From Octopus sinensis (taxonomy: Eukaryota): DNA of 64,000 nucleotides. The notes under the pieces are model-generated. The model had not been told where the DNA came from. It worked only from the letters and a program-made list of their open reading frames with translations, and did no database searches. Positions 50,394 through 61,716 of the stretch are shown in pieces. How positions within the stretch are numbered: the stretch's first letter is position 1; each line of letters opens with the position of its first letter. The stretch covers positions 2,108,001-2,172,000 of the forward strand of contig NC_043021.1 in NCBI RefSeq assembly GCF_006345805.1. The letters run 5' to 3'. The position numbers were made by a program, and so were the translations under genes.

Positions 50394-50552
50394 TGCCAAG
50401 CAAGGTCTATGACGTTCTTCTGTAACTTGGTCCTCAAGATGGGAACCAGCGACATACCACCCGTGTGGACTTTGACAGAGTCGTCTATGAGTGCGTAAGC
50501 AAACTTGAGGGCATGTGGGTGCCATGCAAATGAACAGATAATTCCAGGAGAC
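50394..50552 (-). CDS. AAAS: AAAS coding exon 6
   Basis: SPGIICSFAWHPHALKFAYALIDDSVKVHTGGMSLVPILRTKLQKNVIDLAW. Confidence 0.97.
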
Positions 50553-50969
50553 CTGCAGAAAGACAAACAGACAGAATCAATTACAATGGAAATTTACATA
50601 AAGTGTTAATGTCAGTTGGATACAAAATGTATTGTGGTGAGGGTGGTGGTAGTATGGTGCTGAGGTGGTTATCATGGTAATGGAGAATGGAAAAAATTGG
50701 GAGGGGGAGGAGCATAAGAGAGGATGGAGGGGGAGAGGATGGTGAGAGAGGAGAGAGAGAAGGGGGAGAGGAGAGGAGAGAGCGGAGGGAGGGAGGTAGA
50801 GGGAGAGGAGGGGAGAGAAGAGAGAAAGAGAAAGGAGAGAGAGAAGAGGACAAAGAGGAGGGGGACAGAGAAGGGAGAGCAAGAAGTGGGTGAGAGAGGA
50901 GGCAGGAAAGCAAGATGTGGGAGAGGAGAGAAGGGGAGAGAAGAGAGGTGGGGTGCAGTAGATACTTAC

Positions 50970-51016
50970 CAGTTTGTGGGTGAGGAATACTGATTGATGA
51001 TGTCATCAGTGGACAG
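50970..51016 (-). CDS. AAAS: AAAS coding exon 5
   Basis: LSTDDIINQYSSPTN(W), AG/GT bounded, phases fit. Confidence 0.92.
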
Positions 51017-51971
51017 CTGAAACGAAGAGAAAGAAAATAAATTTCTTGTCAGAAAAAAAAAAAAATGGAGATTTATTTCATAAAACTGAAAAGAGTTGGA
51101 TTCCTTTTTCTCCTTTTCAGAATGACTTGTAGGCACAAAAGTTATGCAACCACAATCTACTCTAAAGTATTCTTTTACCCTTGTTTCAGTCATTTGACCG
51201 CAGCCGCGCTGGAGCACCGCCTTTAGTCGAGCAAATCGACCCCGGGACTTATTCTTTGTTAATCTAGTACTTATTCTATTGGTCTCTTTTGCCGAAATGC
51301 TAAGTTACAGGGATGTGAACACACCAGCATCAGTTGTAAAGTGATGCTGGGGGACAAACACACACACACATATACGATGGGCTTCTTTCAGTTTCCGTCT
51401 ACCAAATCCATTCAGAAGGCTTTGGTTGGCCTGAGTCTATAGTAGAAGACACTTGCCCAAGATGCCACGCAGTGGAACTGAACCAGGAACCATGTGGTTG
51501 GTAAGCAAGCTTCTTACCACACAGCCACGCCTACACCTATATATATATATATATATATATATAATGTACTTCTTTGTGTGGGAGTACATGTTTGTACATG
51601 TATGTGCATGCATGTACATGTGGCCTTATTTTGACATCACGGGATGGCTGTAAAAGAAACAACATCACCATGCAAGTGGCATTGTGTCCAGTCTTCCAGA
51701 AAAACCTGTCTAACCTCGGGGAAATATTACCCTGCTCAGAAACAGATGAGGGTTGGTGACAGGAAAGGCATCCAGGCATAGAAAATCTGCCTCAACAAGT
51801 TCTGTCTGATCCGTGCAAGCATGGAAACATTTAAAATGATGACGATGTATATGTGCATGTCCTAGGAATTTGGACCTGGTCCAGGTTAAGCATAAACAAA
51901 CAAAAAAAGGTAAATTTTCCAACAAAGATATCAAAACTAAATGACCAACAGAGATTCTGATCCATACTCAC

Positions 51972-52062
51972 AGTTAATTTACTGATTAAGGGGTGAATAG
52001 AATAATTTACCAGCGTATAACCGTCAGGATTCCACTCGCAACAGCAGACACCAGAGATGGAG
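51972..52062 (-). pseudogene. AAAS: Disrupted duplicate of AAAS coding exon 4
   Basis: 91 nt vs 89 nt; reads ...VIRW then TAA. Confidence 0.8.
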
Positions 52063-52935
52063 CTGAAGAAAATAAAAATAAGGAATTGGAAAAGTTCGCA
52101 CAAAACAATATATATATATCTATCCTCTTGCAACTTGCTGCCTCGTTTCCATCGGCGCTTGTTCAACTACATGTGTCTCATCACCGAAAGGTAATTTTTT
52201 CCACGCTGTTGATATTGTTTTTGTGTCTCTCTGTTTGTCTCAAAGCCGTAGGGCGCCTGTGTCATCCATGTTTTTAATCGTTACTGTCCCCAAAAAAGAT
52301 TTTTTGTTTCATGTTCGTCTCTGTTGCGTTTCATTCTTTCCTTCTGTGGCTGGCTGATTCAGAGCGGATCTCAGAATTAAACAGCCGAAATCTGCGATGA
52401 GGGATCAGTTTCTGACTGAAGAATGAAGGCTTTGAATGACCCGTTTGTTTTTTTGTTCGTCCCTTCGTGTATTTCATGTTATTTATTATATAAAGGTCTA
52501 TTATATATATATATATATATATATTATATAATGTACTTCTTTGTGTGGGAGTACATGTTTGTACTGTATGTGCATGCAAGTGCATGTGGCCTTATTTTGA
52601 CATCACGGGATGGCTGTAAAAAAACACATCACCATGCAAGTGGCATTGTGTCCAGTCTTCCAGAAAAACCTGTCTACCCTCGGGGAAATATTACCTACCC
52701 TGCTCAGAAACAGATGAGGGTTGGCAGGAAAGGCATCCAGGCATAGAAAATCTGCTCAACAAGTTCTGTCTGATCCGTGCAAGCATGGAAACATTTAAAA
52801 TGATGACGATGTATATGTGCATGTCCTAGGAATTTGGACCTGGTCCAGGTTAAGCATAAACAAACAAAAAAAGGTAAATTTTCCAACAAAGATATCAAAA
52901 CTAAATGACCAACAGAGATTCTGATCCATACTCAC

Positions 52936-53024
52936 AGTTAATTTACTGATTAAGGGGTGAATAGATTTAGCCCAGCGTATAACCGTCAGGATTCCACTCG
53001 CAACAGCAGACACCAGAGATGGAG
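52936..53024 (-). CDS. AAAS: AAAS coding exon 4 (intact copy)
   Basis: (A)PSLVSAVASGILTVIRWAKSIHPLISKLT, AG/GT bounded, phases fit. Confidence 0.88.
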
Positions 53025-54109
53025 CTGAAGAAAATAAAAATAAGGAATTGGAAAAGTTCGCACAAAACAATATATATATATATTCTTATCCTCTTGCAAC
53101 TTGCTGCCTCGTTTCCATCGGCCGCTTGTTCAACTACATGTGTCTCATCACCGAAAAGGTAATTTTTTCCACGCTGTTGATATTGTTTTTGTGTCTCTCT
53201 GTTTGTCTCAAAGCCGTAGGGCGCCTGTGTCATCCATGTTTTTAATCGTTACTGTCCCCAAAAAGATTTTTTGTTTCATGTTCGCTCTGTTGCGTTTCAT
53301 TCTTTCCTTCTGTGCTGGCTGATTCAGAGCGGATCTCAGAATTAAACAGCCGAAATCTGCGATGAGGGATCAGTTTCTGACTGAAGAATGAAGGCTTTGA
53401 ATGACCCGTTTGTTTTTTTGTTCGTCCCTTCGTGTATTTCATGTTATTTATTTATATAAAGGTCTATTATATATATATATACATACGTAAAAGCATCTGA
53501 TTATACTTAAGGATTTACGGTACATGAGAATAAATTCAAATATTAATTAAAAACAGTATTAAGTGTTGTAGACATTATTGAACACACAAGCTCAATGTAT
53601 GGGATTTGCCTGTTTGCCGGTCCAGGTTGCAGCTTTTCCCCATCATCATCCGTTGTCCATGCTGGCATGGGTTGAATGATTTGATTGGGCTGGCATGTTG
53701 GAAGGCTGCACCAGACTCCACTCAGATTTAGCATGGTTTTCTACGGCTGGATGCCCTTCCTAATGCCAACCACTCCGAGAGTGTAATGGGTGCTTATATG
53801 TGCCACTGACACCTGTGCCATTTGCGTGACACCAATATCTGCCACGACTGTGATTTTGCTCAGCTTGATGGGTCTTCTTCTCAAGCACGACATAATGCCA
53901 AAGGTCTCGGTCACTGCCTCCATGAGGCCCAACACTCGAAAGGAACTCAGCCACTTTACTTTGTGTGTGTGTGTGTATGGGTGAAGGAGGTTCTACATGG
54001 ATGGTCATAGCTGGATGGGTGAGTGGATGGATGACTGGAAGGGTAGGTGAATAGACAAATATCGGTAGATACAAGGACATGCTTATATTCTAGGAAAGAC
54101 CTTACTCAC

Positions 54110-54162
54110 CTCCATCATCTCTGTTCAGGACAGCCAACGCTTCTGATAAGCCAGTTTCATAC
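54110..54162 (-). CDS. AAAS: AAAS coding exon 3
   Basis: (W)YETGLSEALAVLNRDDG, AG/GT bounded. Confidence 0.88.
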
Positions 54163-55239
54163 CTGGAAATAACAAAAAATTATAATAAGTAACTGGCCCT
54201 CTGCCGTCAAAATTGAAGGCGAATTGTAGTATTTTATATATAAATAAGGTACATAATAATCGCACATACAAACATTCACATACTTCCCTTATACACACAT
54301 ACTAACACAGAGTTGAAACACTGTTTGATTTTTCTTTTCAGCATTGAATGCTCACCATCCTACTTCCATTGCACACACACACAAACATTCACATACCTCC
54401 CTTTTACATACACACACACATATACTCATGCAGAGTTGAAACGCTGTTTGATTTTTTTTTCACTGTAGAACTTCCATCATCCCACTACCAAGTTTGCCAT
54501 CACCCCTTCCTTCCTTATTCATCCATCACCCCATCCTTTCTCATTCATATGTTGTGACGGAGAAATACACAAGAGTATTATTATAGTAGATGATAATCCT
54601 TTCTACAATAAGCACAAGGCCTGAAATTTTGAGGGGAGGTGGCTAGTCAATTACATCCCCCCCAGTGTTCAACGGGTACTTATATCAATATATGTACACG
54701 ACAGACTTCTTTCAATTTCCATCTACCAAATCTACTCACAAGGCTTTTGTTGGCTTGGTGCTATAGCAGAAGACACTTGCCCAAGGTGCCACACAGTGGG
54801 ACTGAACCTGGAACCATGCAGTTAGCAAGTAATCCACACCTGTACCTACATATACATGTGTGTGTGTGGGGCGGGGGGTAGAGAGAAAGATATAGATTAA
54901 AGCAACAACTTTGAGCAGTGATTTTAGGGAGGAATTATGGGGTCATTTGTCCACTTTGTCCTGAAAAATCGGTCAATTTCATATCAGAAGTTTCTAACAT
55001 CGTGTTATCATCATCATCATCATCATCATCGTTTAGCGTCTGCTTTCCATGGTGCAACTGGGGTCTGGGAAGCCAGAAGGCTGTACCAGGCCCAGTCTGA
55101 TCTGGCAATGTTTCTACGACTGGATGCCCTTCCTAACGCCAAGGAAGGGCATTTACTCGGTCACAAATTTTATCTGAGGATGAGAGCAGGGAAATGACAT
55201 GAAAAAGACAATTTTAAGTCTGCCTGATAAGAACTAACT

Positions 55240-55560
55240 CAGGTCCGCTGGGCCAGGGCCAACTTGGGTCCGCTGGGCCAGGGCCAGCTCGGGTCCGCTG
55301 GGCCAGGGCCAACTCGGGTCCGCTGGGCCAGGGCCAACTCGGGTCCGCTGGACCAGGGCCAACTTGGCCCCCACTAGACCAGAGCCAACTTGGTCCACGA
55401 GACCAGGGCCAACTTGGGTTCACTGGAGCAGGGCCAACATGGGTCTGCTGGACAAGGCTAATTTATATCAGCTAGATAAGGGCTAACTTAAGCCTAATGG
55501 ACAAGGGGTAACTTAGTTCCATTGGGCCAGATTTAACTTAGGTCTACTGGACCAGGACTA
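55240..55560. repeat. 25-bp GC-rich minisatellite with polarised decay (~13 units)
   Basis: Unit GGGTCCGCTGGGCCAGGGCCAACTC; first five units near-identical, later ones degenerate. Confidence 0.9.
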
Positions 55561-55612
55561 TACAACAAATAAATGTTTCAATAACACACAGACAGATATA
55601 AATGTACTTTAC

Positions 55613-55731
55613 CAAGCATTTAGTGCTTTCTTGCAAAGGGTTTCTTCATGTGCTAGGAACAGAGGTGCTGAATTTTCTTGGGAAACTCTAAGGAAATCCT
55701 TTGACAGGCTGACGTCTGGGTAACCAGGCAG
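55613..55731 (-). CDS. AAAS: AAAS coding exon 2
   Basis: LPGYPDVSLSKDFLRVSQENSAPLFLAHEETLCKKALNA(W). Confidence 0.9.
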
Positions 55732-56479
55732 CTGTAAAAAAAATAAAAAAAGGATGATTCATTCATAATATGAATTCAAAGCTCTTAACAAAAAGAGAAT
55801 TAGATTTTGGAAGGCAATTAATTATTTTTTAAACAATATAACAAACAGAGCTGACTCCTGTCATGTTTACAGACGTAGGTGAGATGGAAATAGTTGAGGA
55901 TTTTCCGTGGCCAGACACATGCCCTTCCTGTCACCAACCCTCGCCCGTTTCCCCAAGCCCAGACATGTTTTCATGGCAGATTGGAAACCAAGGACACCGC
56001 TTGCAAGACAGTGACACTCATTTACAACTATCACATGATGTCAGAGCAAATAGACAGCAACACACACACACACACGTGTGTCAATATGACTTGTTTCTTT
56101 TAGTTTCCATCTACCAAATCTACTCACAAGGCTTTGGGCAGTCTCACACGCTATAATAGAAGACTCTTTCCCCAAGGTGTCGCAAAATGGCACAGAGCCT
56201 GAATCCACGCGGCTGAGAAACAAGCTTCATAACCACAGACATACTCTCATACTACAACAAGGTTTGCTTCAAGCATTTTCATGGACAGCCAACAATTCAG
56301 TAAATTTTGCAGTTTTTTTCCCCTACAGTAAACACAGGTGTAGTCATGTGGTAAGAAGTCTGTTTCCCAACCACAGAGCTTCAGGTTCAGTCCCACTACT
56401 CGACACTTCGCACAAGTGTCTTCTGCTATACAAAGTGTTCTGAGTGGATTTGATAGATGGAAACTGAAAGAAGCCTGCC

Positions 56480-57005
56480 ATATACAAAGACTACTTTATC
56501 TGTTAATCTACCTGTGATTCCACTGCACCTCTTGTGTGTCCATAGTTTACCCTGGGTGCAGCAAATGGAATTTCTTCCAACTCCTTTCCTACATATTGAG
56601 AAGGGGCCATTTACCTGACAGAAAGAGAGTTTTATCTTCTTTGTTACTAACAACTTTGGTCTTTGCTAGGTTAACTTTAAGACCCTTTGATTCCAGGTTT
56701 TGCTTCCATACCTGGAATTTCTTCTCCAATTCTGCTAAAGATTCTGCATTAAGAGCAAGGTCATCAGCATATAGCAGTTCCTATGGGCACCCAGTTTTGA
56801 ATCCCTCTGTTAATGGCCTGGGGGACTATAATAAATAAAAATGGGCTGAGAACTGAGCCCTGATGAACCCCTACCTGTACACTGTATTCATCACTGTATT
56901 CATGGCCGACTCTCACCTTACTGACAGCACCACTGTACATGGCTTGTACAGCTCTAACAAGCCACTCCTCTGCTCCTAACTTCCTTAGTGACCACCACAT
57001 AACGG
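56480..57005 (-). mobile_element. RTE-clade LINE RT relic
   Basis: WWSLRKLGAEEWLVRAVQAMY...GVHQGSVLSPFLFIIV...LESKGLKVNLAKTK...LWTHKRCSGI. Confidence 0.9.
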
Positions 57006-57481
57006 AGTGGGGAACTCAGGAAAGCTTTCTCCAGGTCAGCAAAGGCTAAGTACAATGACTTACTTTTGGCCAAATATATGTATGTGTGTACATGTGCGTA
57101 TGTATATATTTATATATATATATATATGTATATGTGTGTGTATGTATATATGTGTGTGTAAATATGCATGTGTGTCTATGTGTGCTTATTTACACACACA
57201 CAACAGGCTCCTTTCAGTTTCCGTCTGCCCTTCTGCCAAATCCACTCGCAAGGCTTTAATCAGCCCAGTGCAATAGTAAAAGACACTGACATAAAGTGCC
57301 ATGCAGTGGGACTGAATCCAAGACCATATAGTTGGGAAGCCCACTTGTTACCACACAGCCATGCCTGCACTTTGCAAGAAAAAAGAACAAAGGAGAATGC
57401 TCCCCCACCACCTACACATAACAGAGGTGCTAGAAAAAATATAGAAAGAGAACGGTTTACCATTCCATCAGTGCTACTTAC

Positions 57482-57592
57482 TTTAGTCTCTTCATATCTG
57501 TCAGCCGGAACATGGACAATATCTCCATTTCTCTCTCCAAGAGTAATAAAGTCTCGATCTGGAACTGGAGGGAAGTTCAACAGGTCCTGCAT
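57482..57592 (-). CDS. AAAS: AAAS first coding exon; the 15 coding exons total 1530 nt (509 aa + stop)
   Basis: cag|A-ATG: MQDLLNFPPVPDRDFITLGERNGDIVHVPADRYEETK then gtaagt; resembles human [26 protein letters not shown]. Confidence 0.9.
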
Positions 57593-57904
57593 TCTGTAGA
57601 GAGAGAGAGATCAAACCATTATCACCCACACTTTCAGTGTCACATACAACAAACAAATATAGCAGTTTCATACATGTGTGTGTGTGTGTGTGTGTAGCCT
57701 CGTCTGGCACCTGTGTCGGTGGCACATAAAATCACCCACTACACTCTCGGAGTGGTTGGCGTTAGGAAGGGCATCCAGCTGTAGAAACACTGCCAGAACT
57801 GACTGGCCTGGTGCAGCCTTCGGGCTTGCCAGACCCCAGTTGAACCGTCCAACCCATGCTAGCATGGAAAGCGGACGTTAAACGATGATGATGATATATA
57901 TATA

Positions 57905-58075
57905 TATACATGTTCACCAGGGCTCAATTCTCAGCCCACTCTTATTCATTATAGTCCTCCAGGCCATAACAGAGGAATTTAAAACTGGGTGACCTTGCTC
58001 TTACTGCAGAATCTTCAGCAGAATTGGAGAAGAGATTCCAGGAATGGAAACAAAACCTGGAATCAAAGGTTCTGA
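57905..58075 (+). mobile_element. RTE LINE fragment, inverted relative to 56690-56880
   Basis: VHQGSILSPLLFIIVLQAITEEFKTG; reverse complement aligns to the 56.7-kb copy with a ~25-nt deletion. Confidence 0.85.
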
Positions 58076-58799
58076 TTAAGGAGAGATAACTCATCCTCAT
58101 TGACGCCTTTTTCGCATTCCTCGTGTTCTCAGCATTTCCTCACCTCTGCGACATAGATATTTAAAAATTTTGTATTCATATAGTGTCTGACAAGCTGTCC
58201 ACAAGGCTTTGGATAACTCTATATGAAATTTTGTTAAGAGTAAACCCTGTTCTATGTGACACATTCTACCAGTATCTGAAGTTTCAAAGTGTTTAGTTAA
58301 AAAAATTTAATTAAAAAATCTGGCCGTGAAATTGAATAGATCTACAAGTGCATCTTGCAGCAGAGGCAATATTTGGCTACCCCCTGTTGGAAAAGCAAAG
58401 AGGGGAGAGACAATGGTGACAAAGGTATGTTAACGTCCGCTTTCCATGCCAGCATGGGTTGGACGATTTGACTGAGGGCTGGCGAACCAGATGGCTGCAC
58501 CAGGCTCCAATCTGATCTGGCAGAGTTTCTACAGCTGGATGCCCTTCCTAATGCCAACCACTCCGAGAGTGTAGTGGGTGCTTTTACGTGCCATCAGTGA
58601 AGCAGTACTGGCAAGGACCTCGCTCGAATCTTTTACACATGCCACCGGCACAGGTGCCAGTAAGGCGACGTTGGTAACGATCTTGCTCGAATGCCCAGCA
58701 AATATGGTGGGTGGAGCATCATTTCCCATTCAAACTGCTCCGGCATTTGGAATGTCATCCCCACTGTACATGGGTGATGGAAGAATACCTTTCACGTTG

Positions 58800-59329
58800 A
58801 AACGAAAGATGGTCATTTTCCAATGGCACACAAGTGTCATTCAATGGTTGAATGACAAAATCCAAGCTTCTGTGCTAGTTCCTCAACAGTTACGATGGGA
58901 TTTTGTTTGACCAGGGTTTGCAGGGTGTCCTCATCAAGCTCTACAGATCTTCCAGGGTGAGGCTCGTCTCCTAGGCTCTAGTTTCCAGCTCAGAATTTCT
59001 GGAACCACTGTTAACCCTGGCTTACGCTTATTGTCCAATCCCCATATACTGCATTAATATTCCTCGCACGTTCCGTTGTGTTGTTGCCTTTATTGAACTC
59101 ATAAAGCAAAATATGTCAAATATGCTCCTTTGTCACTTCCATTATAGCCTTGAAAAAATAACTGTTAGCATCGAACTGCACTCTTCAAAGTTTGCCCTAA
59201 AAATAAATACAAGGTAAAATTACTACCTGCTTTTATAACAAGTTGATTCGGGTAGTTTTTTCCCGCTCCCACTCCGACTTTTAGTTCATGCAATTGAAAA
59301 AACCGCATTATTTATGGGATGACCCAATA
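58800..59329 (-). mobile_element. Mariner 5' relic with TIR and transposase N-terminus (ATG at 59142)
   Basis: TIR TATTGGGTCATCCCATAAATAATGCGG; MEVTKEHI..ILLYEFNKGNN...EPHPGRSVELDEDTLQTLVKQNPIVTVEELAQKLG with stops. Confidence 0.85.
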
Positions 59330-59577
59330 GAATTTGTTTTAAAGCCTGGTACTTATTCTATCGATCTCGTTCGCCGATTTCGAAGCAGAACCATGTCGCA
59401 TAGAAACATGTAGGGAAAAAAATCTATCATTCGATGATGGAGGTAAAGAATAGGTACACCACCCGTTTTCGGCGTAACAAAAACCCTAGCCCTAATCCTA
59501 ACCCCTAAACACTAGGTGTACATATTCTTTACTTTTGCCTCATTCGACACCAAACAAAAAATATATAGAAGCTACTA

Positions 59578-59750
59578 TGTCGGTCATTAGCAAACTGCGG
59601 CCCGCGGGACTTTCTGAATACCACACCTAAATTTCACGAGGAAAACAAGTCATTGAAATTACCTTAAAACTCTTTTTCTGTTAGTGCGGCCCGCCTAATA
59701 ATGAGCTGTGTCTCATGCGGCTCGCTTCTCGGAAACGGTTGCCCATGCCT
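59578..59750. mobile_element. hAT-type MITE; related copy in opposite orientation at ~23500-23690
   Basis: GCAAACTGCGGCCCGCGGGACTTTCTGAAT ... GGTTGCCCATGCCTG. Confidence 0.65.
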
Positions 59751-60099
59751 GTACTACAGAGTCGAGTGACATGCTAGAAATAACAGCCAAATCTCCGTCA
59801 ACTCGCACACTACTGTCTTAACAAAGGATATATGGAACAGTGTCGTCCTGAGTCCTGTGTGCCTTTGAAAATAACAGCAATTACACGGCCAGAGTGTCTT
59901 TGATATCACCAAATCCTATGTATTTAGGCCGATTCGGTTGGCCTAGGGCTAAAAAAAACAGCAATCAATAAAGGAGGTAATTTTAAAAAGCAAATTCTGT
60001 AGAAACGATTTAACTGTGTTCTGTTGTATTTAATAATCGTTTCGAAACGAACACAAATCCGCGAAAGTCTGATACAATTAAAGAAGAGCACAAACTTAC

Positions 60100-60260
60100 C
60101 AGTATACCAAAAATAATTCCGGGTTTCGAATTTGATGTTGAAACGTGAAGAAAATGGGAAAGTCTGCGAGGAACGGAATTTAAAGAGCGAGTCCCGCCGG
60201 GTGTGGTTTTGCTGCTGATCTGGAGACCACTAACGAATGCGGGTCTTCAGCAGAATCGTT
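60100..60260 (-). other. AAAS: Probable non-coding first exon / promoter region of AAAS (5' boundary uncertain)
   Basis: Donor TG|gtaagt at 60099; CpG-rich; no long ORF; the AAAS ATG is 1 nt after a splice acceptor, so an upstream exon is required. Confidence 0.55.
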
Positions 60261-61497
60261 CTATCGAAAGAAGAAATAAATTTAAACCGGGGTTATTGCT
60301 TTTGTTGTACAGCACGAAGCTTTGTCAGTGAACAGGTCTCGGTCTCAAAGCGACGAAAATATTTTGACAAATTAAATTTAAATGTTTGAAGTGAATCTAA
60401 CGGTTTTTGTGTGTTTCTTAAATGGCTTATAAACACCTTCCACGCTGCAATTGCTTTCATTTTTATTTTTATTTATTTAACTGCGTTATCAATAAAATTA
60501 TAACTGCAATGTGTTATTAATAAAATTATTTATAATTCTTTATTATTTTTTATTTTTTATTTAAAGAGCGAGCTTTCGATTTAACACATAAAATTAGTCC
60601 AGCTTTGCCGCCAAAAGTCCTCCCATAATTAATCCTTGGATGTTTTTTACTGTCTCTGCTGCAAATATTCGTATCTCAGGGTAAAACCGGAAGACTTGTT
60701 TCAAGCCAAGCTTTGTAATCCTTCTTTACTCGGACAGCATCTTCTCCAGACACCTGATGCCACACAGACCCGGACCCTTTGATTATATATTTTATTCTGG
60801 TGGACCCCATAGCCGTTCGATGTTTAAAACTGGTTTTATGGAAACGTCTTTCAAAAATCCTATTTGTTTTTCACCCTTTAACTTCTGTAGGTTAAACTAC
60901 GTAAAATGTTAGAGAAAGGACCCTAGCTGTTTCTTGCAATACATACCAACTTTTTCAAGGGTCATTAAAAGACTATTGTGGATCCCCAATTTACTATTTT
61001 GTTGCACGGACCCCCAAAATCTTATATGGACCCCGGTTGAGACCCACTGTACAGTCGAAGAAGAAATTGCCCAACAAATCAGATTCCCCTCCGTTTCGAT
61101 GTCCTCAGTTTGTTCCGAGGGGTCTCTGAATCTAGATGTAAGAATGACTGCATGTTTGTTTCTGATCCCATCATCAGCCAGGGTTTCCTACTTTATCCCG
61201 TAAGAGACACTGAACTTCCCAGTTTTGTGAGTTCTCCCAGCTGTAGATAGTCTTTTTCTTTACACTCTCGTCTCTGTTTATATATATCACCTTGATCACC
61301 TTGACCGACCAGTCCATCAGGCGTCTATTTGACACCGCTGGTCACAGCACGCTGTCCACTCCTCCCTGGATCGCGCCTTTCTCATCCACGTGATCCCAAT
61401 CGTCCTCCTGAAATCGTAACTCCACCGTCGTGGAGGCCTTCCGAGTGGTCGTTTCCGCTCGCGCGGGTACCACTCGACAACTGCGCGGGTCCACCGA

Positions 61498-61716
61498 TTA
61501 TCGGTGAGCCGGGGTGACGTGTCCAGCCCATCTAAACTTGTTGCGTGTATACTCTGCGATGATATCTCTCACGCCGGACTTCTTTCTGATGATCTCGCTA
61601 CTGATGTGCTCTCTCAGCGAGATACCAAGCATTGACCTTTCCATGGCTCTTTGAGCCGTTACCAGTCTCTGCACTTCTCTCTTTGTTGTAGCCCATGTTT
61701 CACAGCCATATAACAT
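61498..61716 (-). mobile_element. RTE LINE C-terminal fragment
   Basis: MLYGCETWATTKREVQRLVTAQRAMERSMLGISLREHI...KFRWAGHV. Confidence 0.88.

Larger units (their letters stand above)
51540..53475. repeat. ~965-bp tandem duplication (about 51540-52500 and 52505-53475) containing AAAS coding exon 4
   Basis: Two copies differ mainly by 1-3-nt indels; (AT)n at all junctions. Confidence 0.92.
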
